Origin: Phaeosaccion multiseriatum
Lineage: Eukaryota > Protista > Ochrophyta, other classes
Assembly: GCA_965112735.1 (NCBI GenBank)
Contig: OZ218959.1
Location: forward strand, 2,294,001-2,358,000
Direction: 5' to 3'
Length of the DNA stretch: 64,000 nucleotides
The translations under genes were made by a program, and so were the position numbers. Within the stretch, counting starts at the first letter, position 1. Each line of letters opens with the position of its first letter. Below the pieces are notes generated by a model. The model made no database searches. It was not told the DNA's origin and saw only the letters and a list, made by a program, of their open reading frames with translations. Positions 13,301-23,470 of this stretch are shown here, piece after piece.

Positions 13301-13979
13301 CATCGTGGAGGGCGCGGAATGCTCGGCAACCTCCTTCCTCGAATCAGCTTGCTGCGGTGAGGAGGACTTCCTTGGAAGGGCCGGCGGCTTCTGCGTGGGC
13401 GACAGTACCACCACTGGCAACGGCCCCTTCATTGGTACTTGCGTGAGTCCTCGCCAAGAAGGGGAGAGCTGCTTGGGAGATTTCGACACTAACTCCTGTG
13501 ACCGAGGCCTCTTTTGCCTGGAGGGTAGCTGCGCTGCACCAGGAAATGTTGGTGATACGTGCGAGAAGGACGAATTCTTTAACAATTCGTGCGAGAGAGG
13601 ACTTCTCTGCATCGAGGGGACGTGCAGCGACAGCAGCGAGTGCCTCGTGGAGGGGGCGGAGTGCTCGGCATCCCTCTTCCGCTCATCAGCTTGCTGCGGT
13701 GACGTGAGCTTCTCTGGTGCCGGCGGCTTCTGCATCGGCGACAGTACCACTAGCAACGGCCCCTTCATTGGCACTTGCTCGGCTAGTCGTGGCCAGGAAG
13801 GGGAGAGCTGCGCGGGAGATTTACTGAACGGCTACTCCTGTGCCTCAGGCCTCTTTTGCTTGGAGGGTAGCTGCGCTGCACCAGGAGGTGTTGGTGAGAA
13901 GTGCGAGGTGGCCGAATTTGACGACTTTAACAATACGTGCGAGGGAGGACTTTTCTGCATCGAGGGGACGTGCGAGTGA
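10343..13979 (+). CDS. Secreted Cys-rich, Pro/Thr-rich (mucin-like) repeat protein, multi-exon
   Basis: ATG 10343 MRSFLGALLLSSSGFVFQ|LASAASG (signal peptide); three modules C..C..EPCF.DP.C..GIGCNA.GLG..CRFC.FS.F..CP separated by P/T/S linkers, each split by an intron; long final exon (~12657-13979) of acidic Cys repeats (GESC..C...L.C.EGSC; C..EGAECSA..F.SACCG). Confidence 0.75.
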
Positions 13980-13988
13980 TTCTAGGGG

Positions 13989-14174
13989 TGTTGTGATAAG
14001 TATCGCCATTTGTGACTGAGCACTATATCGACGTACAATATCGATGTGGATATCGATGTTCATGTATGGCCACGGCCATCACTTCCTTGAACGCATCTCT
14101 CAGTAGGTATTATTAATACACGAGTTGACACTACTCTAGCTTGTCCCTGTCATCGTAGAGGAGATATCGCAACA
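13989..14174 (+). repeat. 5' LTR of the copia element
   Basis: Identical by eye to 19208-19393. Confidence 0.97.
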
Positions 14175-14287
14175 CGACAGCTGTCGCGACACTTCACAGC
14201 TAGCTGGTTCTACGTAGTCGGCGACGGCACACAGGCGAGTTTTGGTCGGATAACTCAAGTGAGAGAGAAGGAGTCCTTTCGTTAGCC

Positions 14288-15256
14288 ATGCCAGGCGCGG
14301 AAGAAGAAGGCGTTGAAAAGGCGGACGCAGCGGCGCCCGTCAGTGCGAGTTCCGCGATAGAAGGAGACGCACAGCAGCAGATGGCTGAAATGATGGAAAA
14401 GATGATAGCGGCAGCGTTGGCCAAACACATCACACAGCAAGGAGTGCCCACGGCAGCGGCCGCAGCACCAGTCACTATCTCCTCAGTCGGAGGAACAGTG
14501 ACCCCCAGCGGGGGGGGGAGTACAGCACAGCAGCTGCTAGAACTCACGTTCAAGCCGAAGAACAATGAGTTTGACAAGAAGTTGGAATCGGAGGGAGTGA
14601 TGCCTCTCTTGCGATTTATGCGAGCGGTCACGGATCACATAGGGGGGATGGGGGCAAAGGCATTCTTGGTGGATAGTGATAAGATCCCCAACGCAGACGA
14701 CGCCTCCCGGGACTCTAAGTATGCCCTGACGTTCAGTCTGTACCAACAGACGGGCCTCAAGATTTTGGAGGCCATTCCCTCGGACATGAGGGATGCCATA
14801 GAAGAACGCACTCGCACAGCGCGGTTCCAAGTGGACCTGGTACTATTGATGCAGGCAATCAAGGAGGCAGTGATGGGGAGCACGCAGTCACAGCGACAAG
14901 AGTTTCTCACCTCCGAGATGCACGATCTGAGGCCAGGGGTGGGGGAGACGGGACTTGCCTACCTCAACAAGTTTCTCCAACTCAACGTGTTGATGACGGA
15001 GGAGCAGCTTCCTATGTCCTACTCCATCATCAAGGACAAGTTCCTCAGGCGTATGGGGCAGAGATGGGAGTCGTTCGGCCAAGTGCACGGTCATTCGGTA
15101 GAGACAGAGGACGAGTTTAATCGGTTCAAACAGCAAGTGCAGCGGTTTGACAGTGACCTCCAAGCGCAAGCGAGGGAGGCGGGAGAGGACCTTGAGCGGG
15201 GCCTTTTCCACATTTACCAGCAAAGGCAGAAGACACAGCAACCAGCAGGGGGGTAG
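14288..15256 (+). CDS. gag: Copia gag (N-terminal part)
   Basis: 322-aa ORF just downstream of the 5' LTR; the CCHC knuckles continue in the +1 frame. Confidence 0.8.
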   Translation: MPGAEEEGVEKADAAAPVSASSAIEGDAQQQMAEMMEKMIAAALAKHITQQGVPTAAAAAPVTISSVGGTVTPSGGGSTAQQLLELTFKPKNNEFDKKLESEGVMPLLRFMRAVTDHIGGMGAKAFLVDSDKIPNADDASRDSKYALTFSLYQQTGLKILEAIPSDMRDAIEERTRTARFQVDLVLLMQAIKEAVMGSTQSQRQEFLTSEMHDLRPGVGETGLAYLNKFLQLNVLMTEEQLPMSYSIIKDKFLRRMGQRWESFGQVHGHSVETEDEFNRFKQQVQRFDSDLQAQAREAGEDLERGLFHIYQQRQKTQQPAGG

Positions 15257-17426
15257 ACAGACCACCACAGGGGCAGGAGAGAAAGATCGGTCCAACACAC
15301 GCTGTTACAGGTGTGGGAGAAAGGGGCACATGCGGACGACGTGTCCGTCCAAGGAGGAGCTGTGTTTCAACTGCCACAAGCCGGGGCACCAGCGTGCAGA
15401 CTGCCCAAACAGCAGGAAGAAGAAAGATGGCGAGCATGTGGAAGGCTCCACCAGCACCATTTTCAGCATTCCGTGGACGCTACAGGAGAGGGGGAGCGGC
15501 CATTCTCTCTACCATATGTCCAAGCTGAAGTCGGGGGCGGATGGCACACGGCAGGGGCTCGCAGACAGCGGATCGGCGCTCAATGTGTGGCCCAACTTGG
15601 ATGGACTGTACGATTTCTGCGCTCATCAGAGTTTAGTGCAACTCGCAGACGGCAAGTCGCACGCGCAGATAATGGGCAAAGGGAAGGTGAACATCAGCTA
15701 CGTCTCCAACGACGGCAAAAGAGGACTGAAGGGGCTGGAGGTAGTGGTGTCGCCAGACGTACCTTTCTGCATTTTTGCAGAGAAGAACCTCTCAGACCTA
15801 CTGGGGGGGAGCGCAAGGCCAGCGGGGAAGCCAGTCTATTTCGGCCCCTCAGCAGACGCACCAGAGACGGTGCACACGACGCAGGACCCAGAGCTGGGGC
15901 TTGACATGCTACAATTCAAGATCGAGGAGGCCACGGAGCAGTGGAGTGATTACATGACTTACCACTGCAAGAAGGGCCACCGCAACGATCAAGAACTACG
16001 GCGACAGGCCAAGCTGGAAGGCGTGACACTGTGCGGGAAGAGGGCGCCGTGCAAGACTTGCGCAGAGGTGAAGATGACGAAGGCAGCTCAGAGTAAGCAG
16101 TTCATCGACTACCCCAAGGCACCGCTGGCACAGGTAACGCTCGACACCATTCCTCTCGAAGGAGAGCACGTGTTGCAGGCGTGCTGCCCGCACACGGGTA
16201 TGGGCTGGTGCAGGAAGGTGGGGGGAAAGACGGAGGCGCACTTCCAGAGCGTGTATGACGACCTCAACACCACAGTATTCATTCCAGGGGAGAGGACAGC
16301 GGGGTACAAGGTGCAGTGTCTGTCAGCAGACAACGGATCGGAGCTCATCAAGACGAAGGCCGCGAAGAAGATGCTCTACTCCCAGGGCATTGAGGTAAAG
16401 CTGACGGACCCCAATTGTCAAGCGCAGAACGGACTGAACGAGGCTCGACACAAGGAGCTGGCGCGAATGTCTATTCTTTTCATTGAGGAGGCGAAGCTGG
16501 AGGAGCACTCGAAGCAGCTGAGGTTCGTAGCGTACAAGTTGGCGCAGCTTCTCTACAACACCAGGTGCAGGAGGGGGCAGCAGCAGTCCCCCTACGAGCT
16601 GTATTTCAAGCGCAAGCCTGACCTACAGCACCTACACATCTTCGGAGAGCAGGCGAAGGTGCGGGTGGGCAACAAGAAGCACAAGCAGTGGCACAACGAC
16701 AAGACGCACTCGGCAGTGTACGTGGGACAGAGCCCCAACCACAGATCAGCCTGTCTCCTTTTCTACATCCCTTCACAGAAGCGGTTCATCTCCAGCTCGT
16801 CCTACACATTCGTGACGAACCGCAGACACGACGGCACGGTGTTCGGGAGTCACGTGGAGAAGGGGAAGCTACCAGAGACAGCGGAGAAGGAGGATGACAG
16901 CGAGGACGAGGACCAGCCCTCGAGCAGCGGGAGCAGCAGCAGGAGCAGCAGCAGGAGCAGCAGCAGGAGCAGCAGCAGTAGCGCGAGCGGGGGAGGTGGG
17001 GGCGGGACCAAGAGTGGAACCGTCACATGGAACACGAGATTAGAGGAGGCACAGCCAGCCCCACAGCAGCAACAGACATCACGCTGGGAACAGGTTCTCA
17101 CCCGAGAGTTCGTGGAGAAGTTACAACTCGAAGGAGAAGGCCTGGAGCGACGTCAGCACGCCGAGCGGCAACAGAGGGAGCAGACGGCAAAGCAGCAACA
17201 GAGAGAGCAGCAGAAACAGCAAGTAGAGCAGCAAGAGCAGCAGCAGCAGCAGGCAGAGCAGCAACAGGCAGAGCAGCAGCAGGAAGAGCCAACGCAGCAG
17301 GCTGAGCCGCCAGAGAGAGGCAAACTCTGGACATACGAGGTGGCCAAAGATGGCGACAAGGGAGCCAAGGAGCACGACTGGGGCCACGATCCCAGCCTGG
17401 GCCGCACGCGTAGCGGCAAGCACTGA
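15147..17426 (+). CDS. pol: Copia nucleocapsid, protease and integrase ORF
   Basis: Two CCHC knuckles (CYRCGRKGHMRTTC, CFNCHKPGHQRADC); protease LADSGS; integrase HHCC (YHCKKGH..CKTC) and D-D-E (TLDT, SADNGSEL, NGLNEAR). Confidence 0.92.
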   Translation: MTVTSKRKRGRRERTLSGAFSTFTSKGRRHSNQQGGRQTTTGAGEKDRSNTRCYRCGRKGHMRTTCPSKEELCFNCHKPGHQRADCPNSRKKKDGEHVEGSTSTIFSIPWTLQERGSGHSLYHMSKLKSGADGTRQGLADSGSALNVWPNLDGLYDFCAHQSLVQLADGKSHAQIMGKGKVNISYVSNDGKRGLKGLEVVVSPDVPFCIFAEKNLSDLLGGSARPAGKPVYFGPSADAPETVHTTQDPELGLDMLQFKIEEATEQWSDYMTYHCKKGHRNDQELRRQAKLEGVTLCGKRAPCKTCAEVKMTKAAQSKQFIDYPKAPLAQVTLDTIPLEGEHVLQACCPHTGMGWCRKVGGKTEAHFQSVYDDLNTTVFIPGERTAGYKVQCLSADNGSELIKTKAAKKMLYSQGIEVKLTDPNCQAQNGLNEARHKELARMSILFIEEAKLEEHSKQLRFVAYKLAQLLYNTRCRRGQQQSPYELYFKRKPDLQHLHIFGEQAKVRVGNKKHKQWHNDKTHSAVYVGQSPNHRSACLLFYIPSQKRFISSSSYTFVTNRRHDGTVFGSHVEKGKLPETAEKEDDSEDEDQPSSSGSSSRSSSRSSSRSSSSSASGGGGGGTKSGTVTWNTRLEEAQPAPQQQQTSRWEQVLTREFVEKLQLEGEGLERRQHAERQQREQTAKQQQREQQKQQVEQQEQQQQQAEQQQAEQQQEEPTQQAEPPERGKLWTYEVAKDGDKGAKEHDWGHDPSLGRTRSGKH

Positions 17427-17462
17427 CATGCTGTCTCCTCCATACTAGGCCCACTCTTTCTG

Positions 17463-19070
17463 ATGCCAGGCCTAAAGGAGAGCGAGGTACCGATACCGCG
17501 GTCTCTGGCCCAGGCTCAAGCAGGAGAGTACGCGGAGCAATGGACGGAGGCGTACTGGGCAGAGCTCAACGCGATCGAGCAACGCCAGGTATGGGAGGAG
17601 GTTGATTATCAAGAGGGGATGAATGTGCTGCATACAGTCATGCTATTCAGAGCAAAGGTGACTGGGGGACTTGTGGATAGGCTCAAGTGTCGATTTGTCG
17701 TGATGGGGAACGAGCAGATCGAGGGGGAGGATTACTTTGATACCTTTGCACCAGTGGTGGGGAGCTCGACGATGAAGATGTTCTTTGCTATCACGTGCCA
17801 GAAGAAGTGGGTATTGGAGTTTGCAGATGTGGAGACGGCTTTCCTGCATGCACCTCTGCATGAGGGGGAGTACGTGTACATTAGAGCACCAGAGGGCATG
17901 AGAAAGTTCGGGAAGGTGCTGAGGCTGTTGAAGAGTCTGTACGGTCTTCATCAGTCTCCCAAGAGGTGGAACGAGACAGTGGTGGCATTTCTACTCGCAA
18001 TGGGGTGGGTACAGTGCCCAGTGGATCCGTGTCTGTTCGCCAGGTTCGAGGAGGGGGAGCTAATAGGGCTCATCATTCTATATGTAGACGACCTAGGAGG
18101 GTCAGGGGAGGGAAATCTCATTGACTGCACTTTCAAGGAGATTGACGAGCGTTTCAAGTTGAAGCGTTTGGGGTCGAATGTGGGGAAATTTCTGGGAGTT
18201 GAAGTTGACTACGCATTCGAGGCGGGACAGCTCAGGCTTTCGCTAGGAGGGTATCTTAGAGCGATGCTTGAGAAGTTCGACATGACGGAGGTACCTGTGT
18301 ACGGCTCACCAGCAGAGCAGGGGGTACATTTGTCAGTGGGTATGGAGCCAAGCACCACAGAGGAGGAGGAATTCATGCAGGACAAACCATACTGCTCAGC
18401 GGTAGGGTCAATCCTATGGGTTGCCAACTGGGTGAGGCTTGATGTATCCTTCGCCATCATGCAGTGTGCTCGTTTTATGAAGAGGCCGGGGCCTCGACAC
18501 TGGGCAGCATTGCAGCGCATTTTCGGGTACTTTAGAGGTAGTTTAGACTTGGGAATTGAGTTTGATCGAGAGGCGGGGCTTCATCTGGAGGCATACGCAG
18601 ACTCGAGCTGGGCAGATGACGTCGACAGGCGCAGGAGCTCAGGGGGATACGTCGTGACATTCGGCGGGGGAGTGATTGCTCACAAGGCAACACTATTTAA
18701 GGTCATAGCACAGTGCTCTATGGAGAGTGAGTACATGGCCGCAGCGGAAGCAGTGAAGGAGTTGCTGTTTCACAGAGGGATTCTGGAGTTTCTGTTTCCA
18801 GGAGCCAACATGACGGAGTCGATTGTGCACGAGGACAATCAAGGGTGCATTCAGATGGCAAATGGCAACGCGGGCACCAAGCGCGTACGTCACATCGACA
18901 TTCGTTATCATTTCCTGCAGTACCACGTGGACAAGGGACACGTTCGGTTTCAGTACATCAGCACAAAGGACCAGCTTGGGGACATCATGACCAAGGCATT
19001 GGCACCTCAGGTACACAGCGGTCTGGCGGGGCAGATGCTCAAGAAGGGAGACAGGAAAGGGGGGGACTAG
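17463..19070 (+). CDS. pol: Copia reverse transcriptase and RNase H, in frame with the upstream ORF across one TGA
   Basis: RLKCRFVVMG, ADVETAFLH, LLKSLYGLHQSP, LYVDDL; RNase H YADSSWA, SMESEY, EDNQG, RHIDIRYHF, DIMTKAL. Confidence 0.95.
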   Translation: MPGLKESEVPIPRSLAQAQAGEYAEQWTEAYWAELNAIEQRQVWEEVDYQEGMNVLHTVMLFRAKVTGGLVDRLKCRFVVMGNEQIEGEDYFDTFAPVVGSSTMKMFFAITCQKKWVLEFADVETAFLHAPLHEGEYVYIRAPEGMRKFGKVLRLLKSLYGLHQSPKRWNETVVAFLLAMGWVQCPVDPCLFARFEEGELIGLIILYVDDLGGSGEGNLIDCTFKEIDERFKLKRLGSNVGKFLGVEVDYAFEAGQLRLSLGGYLRAMLEKFDMTEVPVYGSPAEQGVHLSVGMEPSTTEEEEFMQDKPYCSAVGSILWVANWVRLDVSFAIMQCARFMKRPGPRHWAALQRIFGYFRGSLDLGIEFDREAGLHLEAYADSSWADDVDRRRSSGGYVVTFGGGVIAHKATLFKVIAQCSMESEYMAAAEAVKELLFHRGILEFLFPGANMTESIVHEDNQGCIQMANGNAGTKRVRHIDIRYHFLQYHVDKGHVRFQYISTKDQLGDIMTKALAPQVHSGLAGQMLKKGDRKGGD

Positions 19071-19207
19071 TTTTAGTTCAGTAGTTTTAGTATGAGGTTT
19101 TCAGGACTTTGTCTCGGGGGGGTTTTAGGGCAAGTCAGGTGTTTCCTCATTGTGTTTGTGGTAGAGTGTCAGCTATCAAGAGAGATAGTGATTCAGTCAT
19201 AGGAGGG

Positions 19208-19393
19208 TGTTGTGATAAGTATCGCCATTTGTGACTGAGCACTATATCGACGTACAATATCGATGTGGATATCGATGTTCATGTATGGCCACGGCCATCA
19301 CTTCCTTGAACGCATCTCTCAGTAGGTATTATTAATACACGAGTTGACACTACTCTAGCTTGTCCCTGTCATCGTAGAGGAGATATCGCAACA
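19208..19393 (+). repeat. 3' LTR of the copia element
   Basis: Identical by eye to the 5' LTR; followed by TSD AGGGG. Confidence 0.97.
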
Positions 19394-20339
19394 AGGGGAG
19401 AGCAGAGTGCTCAGCCCTCTCCTGCCGGAGCAGCTCAGCTTGCGGTGGTGATGTCACCACCCGGAGAGGTGGCGGCTTCAGTGTTGACGAGGAGGACTTT
19501 CGCACGTCCACTTCCAAGCAATGGCTGCGTCAGATAGTAAGGCAGTGGTAGTAGGAAGGCTGGGAAGTCGTCGCCAAGACGGAGCGCTCTGAGCGGAAGA
19601 GAGCTCGCAGGACAAGCAGTGGTGGTGGTGTATCTCTTCCCTTTGTTACCATGCACTTCATAGAATTTCATTAACAGTACTTACTTGTTATAAAGAGAAG
19701 AAAAAAATGTTAGTCAGAGCGAGCGAGAAACATTCCTCTGCTGCTCCCCTCCCCTCCGCTCCTCCGCTCCAAAGCGAGTACCCACTGCTGTAGCCACACG
19801 CTCGCTCTCTTGGGGCTTCCTGCAGTACCGTCCAGCCCAGGCACACAGATAAGATTGACATATATAGTGAATGTGTTCTGCCTTTTTCGGATCACTCACT
19901 CACAGTTACGGAAATCCCTGACTTATGTCCACCTGGATATAAGGGGGATATATCAGGGATATATATATAGAGCTGCCCACGCACCTATCTCACTATACCC
20001 CTTATCGAATAGTCTCTACGTTGTTTATAGCCCGTACGTGTCAACCTCAGTAGTCTCTTCTATCCATTCTCAGTCGGGTTATCAACCCCTTGTGCTCTTC
20101 ACTCTACACTTCTCTTCTCCTCTTAGTCAAGTCTTCTTCTTCTCTCGTCTGCCTGCGGGCAGGCCGGACTGGCTGTCTCCGTCTCTCCTTCGGCTCGCTT
20201 GTCATCCCGTAAGTACTACAACAAAGATATCATGTGTGCCGGAGCTCTTGATGCCTTGAGATGAAAACAACCCGCACCCCCCCCTCCTGTCTTCCGCCAA
20301 CCTCCCCCCCTCTCCGCGCGCTGACTTAGGTACTGAATC

Positions 20340-21345
20340 ACCAACGGCCGAGGACCCACCACCTCAGAGTCACTCGGCGTGGCTGTACGTTGCAGCACTC
20401 TCTACGCGGCACGGGCGGAGCACGTACCGACGAGCCTGAGCCCCCCCCCCACCTGGCTGGGGCTGCAGCAGTTGGTAACTATGTGTGTCTCACTCACAGC
20501 CTCCTCTCCCCATACACCTCTACATCAGGCACACGCCTCTTCTAGGGCATGCTCTTATTCGCAGCAAGCAAGACCATCTCTTCCTCTCCTTTTCTCCATC
20601 TCCCTCCCTCCCTCCCTCCCTCCCTCTCTTCTCCCCTCACCTCCCTCCCTCTCCCCTTCCCTCTCCCTCCCTTCATCTCCTTCCTTCTCTCCCTCTCGTC
20701 TTCCCTCACCTCACTCCTCCCCCCCTCCTTGTTCCCTCACCTCCCTCACCTCCCTCCCTTCCTCCCTCCCTTCCTCCCTCCCTCTCCCACTCATCCATCC
20801 AGTGTGACTTTGCTGGAGGCTCGCCCTTTTGCAGCGTCTCTGCCCCGTACCTTCGCATGGTCGATGGCCTGTTCCTGGTGTTGCTTTGACGTTACAAGCT
20901 CCGAATCCCTTGACCAGCTTCAGGAGATGATCGCTCGCTCGGCCGGACATTGTCGGGCACCTCTGACCTTCCGTCAAGATGATCCTGCTCGGCACTAAGT
21001 GCGACTGTAGGTGCGTGCGGTCCAGAGGAGAGGATCGATCGCTCGCACGTTGAAATGATTCATGGGAAATATCAAGAAAAGGTGGCCTCATGCACACCCG
21101 TCGCTTCTCTCTCTCTCTCTCGCTTCTCTACGGACTCTCTTCTCTCTTCTCTCTCCTCTCCCCTCCCCTGTGCATCTTTTCCCTTCTTCCTTCCTTCGCC
21201 GTAGCCTGGAGGAGAGGCAGGTCTCAGATGCCCAGGGCAGAGCTTCGCCGAGCAGCTTGGCATCCCCTACATGGAAGTGAGCACCAAGGACGGCAATAAC
21301 ACCTCCAGAGCACTCTACCACATGCTTACTTCCGTTGTGCTAGAG
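20340..21345 (+). pseudogene. Degenerate Rab/Ras-like small GTPase pseudogene
   Basis: Frameshifted exon relics: DFAGGSPFCSVSAPYLRMVDGLFLVFDVTSSESLDQL (G3 region, after removing a 4-bp insertion), MILLGTKCD (G4), EERQVSDAQG(R/A)FAEQLGIPYMEVSTKDGNN (G5), with splice sites. Confidence 0.7.
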
Positions 21346-22400
21346 GTATGTGTGTATTACCAATGCGTGAGTGTTTGTGTGTGTGCGTGTGTGTGTGCGT
21401 GTGTGCGGGAGTGTGTGGGTGGGTCTGCATGAATCCTCTCGTCAAGCGGCTTCTTGGCTCACAGTCTTCTTCTGTCCACTCTCCCTCCCCCCCCCCTCTC
21501 TCTCCCCGTCTTCTCCACCTCTTTCTCTCCTTCTCCTTCTCCCTCTGATCCCAACCTTCTCTCTAGCATGCCATCGGCCCAGGGGGGTCTCCTCAGGGCA
21601 AGAAAGCGCGTGTGAGCTTCTCCGCAACATCGCAGCAGCAATGGTTTCTATCCGGACCAAGTAGACGGGGCAGCAGCATTGGGGGCGACGGCACTCTTAC
21701 AGCGGCAGTCAGCCCGGCTTCGTCGAGCATGGTGACGTCAGCAGCAGAGGTAGCGGGGGCTTCAGAGCTGCGGCGGAGGCCGCCGTGGCAAGCCTTGGGC
21801 GGGAGCAGGCAGAGGACGAGGTGGGCGAGGAGACGGCGGGGGGGCAGTCTGTGGCGTTGTCTCCTTCGTCTCAGCATCAGCGGGGTCGGGGATGGAAGGG
21901 CTCTTCCCGTCGAGGCTCCTCAGCCTTGCTTGATGAAATGAACATTACGTCGGCAACCGCGCGGCCGACGAAGCGTTGGCTACCCACCCTCGTCGCCAAA
22001 ACCTCGGCCTCTTCGTCCTCTTATGGCACCACCACGGCGGAAGAGGACCCTCATCGCACCAGACAGCGGAGGGGCGGTGACCGTTGTGGAGGAGAGTGAA
22101 GTTATGGAAAGAGAGCCACTGGTCCAACGTCAGCCGTCGAGCTCGGAGGTCCTTCCCGCTGCTACTGCTACTGCTGCTGCAGCTGGTGATGGTGATGGTG
22201 ATGATGGTGATGATGGTAACTGTCTCAACTCACGGGGTATGAGAAGAGAGCGAACAAGAACGAATCGTTCCAATCGTGGCTATCACCACTCGACACGAGC
22301 ATGTCGGCTTCGAACAGCGTCAACGGGGCGGACGGAAGCGTCAGTCCCCGAGAGAGAGAAAGGGTTCATGACATGAAGTCCCCCCCCGGGTCCCCGCCCG

Positions 22401-23470
22401 TTGCATGAGTGGACGAAATACGCAGTGGTCGATCTGGCTGAGTTTATCACATGCAACACTACGCACACCTTCCTCCGTAAGGGCTCCGGACGAGAGGCTC
22501 TGTCTTGGCTGCAGCAGCAGTTCGAGGGGAACCCGGACATCGCGGGCATGATGGCGATGGCAGCACAGGGGGGTGGTCTTGAGGGGGCTTTCGGAGCTGG
22601 GGGGGAGGCGACAGCAGCAGCAGCCAGCGCAGCAAGTGGCGGTAGATAAGCTGCCTCGCTTTACGGTGGAGGAGAACAGTTGGGATTTTGTTCCAGACCT
22701 CTCTCAAGCTCTTCACCAAGGCGACTCCTCAAGATGCAGTGTGCGTTGATGCGCTCTTCGCAGACTTCGCCCCCCCCCCCCGCTGCTGGCTGGGCCCCTC
22801 CTTGCAGCCCTCGTCCTCGCCGACCCTCCCACGGGCCATCCCCGCTACATAAACGGGACGGGGGAGGAAGACAAGAACTCTCTCTGCGGCTCTATTGTGG
22901 TGGTGGACCGCGGGGGGTCGATCTTTGCGACGAAGCAAGGCACTCGAGGCACAAAAGGCAGGCGCCAAGCAAGGCCGTAGCTAATCATCGTCCAGACGGT
23001 GGATGTGTGGCCCTATGTGGTGAGTGTAGCGTTGTCGTCTCGATCGGCACCTCCTTTGCGGACTGTGCTTTCTTTGCCTACTGGCCTGCTGCGCTCTCTC
23101 ACACTTCACCACACACCTGCTGCCCTGCCCTGCCCTTCGCAGATGAAAGACAGCAAGGGAGAGGCTGCGGAGGGGGGCCTGAGCATCCCCGTGTGTATGG
23201 TCGACCAGCGTGGGGGTAAGCTCATCAAGGCCATGGCTGCTAAAGGGGGCCACGGAGGGACAGGGATAGCAGCTTACATTGGCTTCATCGGCTTCTGCAC
23301 TTGCTGCGGCTGCTGCTCTGATCTGCGAAATGACCGTCAACGCGGCCGTCAGAGAAGGACTGCGTGGTGTGCGAGGAGCTATTCCAAGTGGGCACCACGG
23401 TCGTGCGTCTGCCGTGCGGGCATCTGCTGCCTCTACCATGAAGAGTTAAGACAAAGGCGCGCTGGCTGAG
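22401..23470 (+). pseudogene. PA-domain + RING-H2 E3 ligase pseudogene
   Basis: VDALFADF; GSIVVVDRGGSIFATKALEAQKAGAKAVIIVQ (PA motif, restored by deleting three 4-bp insertions); IPVCMV; CVVCEELFQVGTTVVRLPCGH-LYHEE (RING-H2 start). Stops and frameshifts present. Confidence 0.8.

Larger units (their letters stand above)
13989..19393 (+). mobile_element. Full-length Ty1/copia LTR retrotransposon, very recent insertion
   Basis: Identical 186-bp LTRs (13989-14174, 19208-19393) with TGTTG...CAACA ends; 5-bp TSD AGGGG at 13984-13988 and 19394-19398; purine tract AGGAGGG before the 3' LTR; domain order gag-PR-IN-RT-RH. Confidence 0.98.

Noticed and set aside
17424-17426. TGA in copia pol read as selenocysteine, given the nearby SCLY-like gene
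   Set aside because: No SECIS identified, the position is a non-catalytic linker, and the proximity is probably coincidental.
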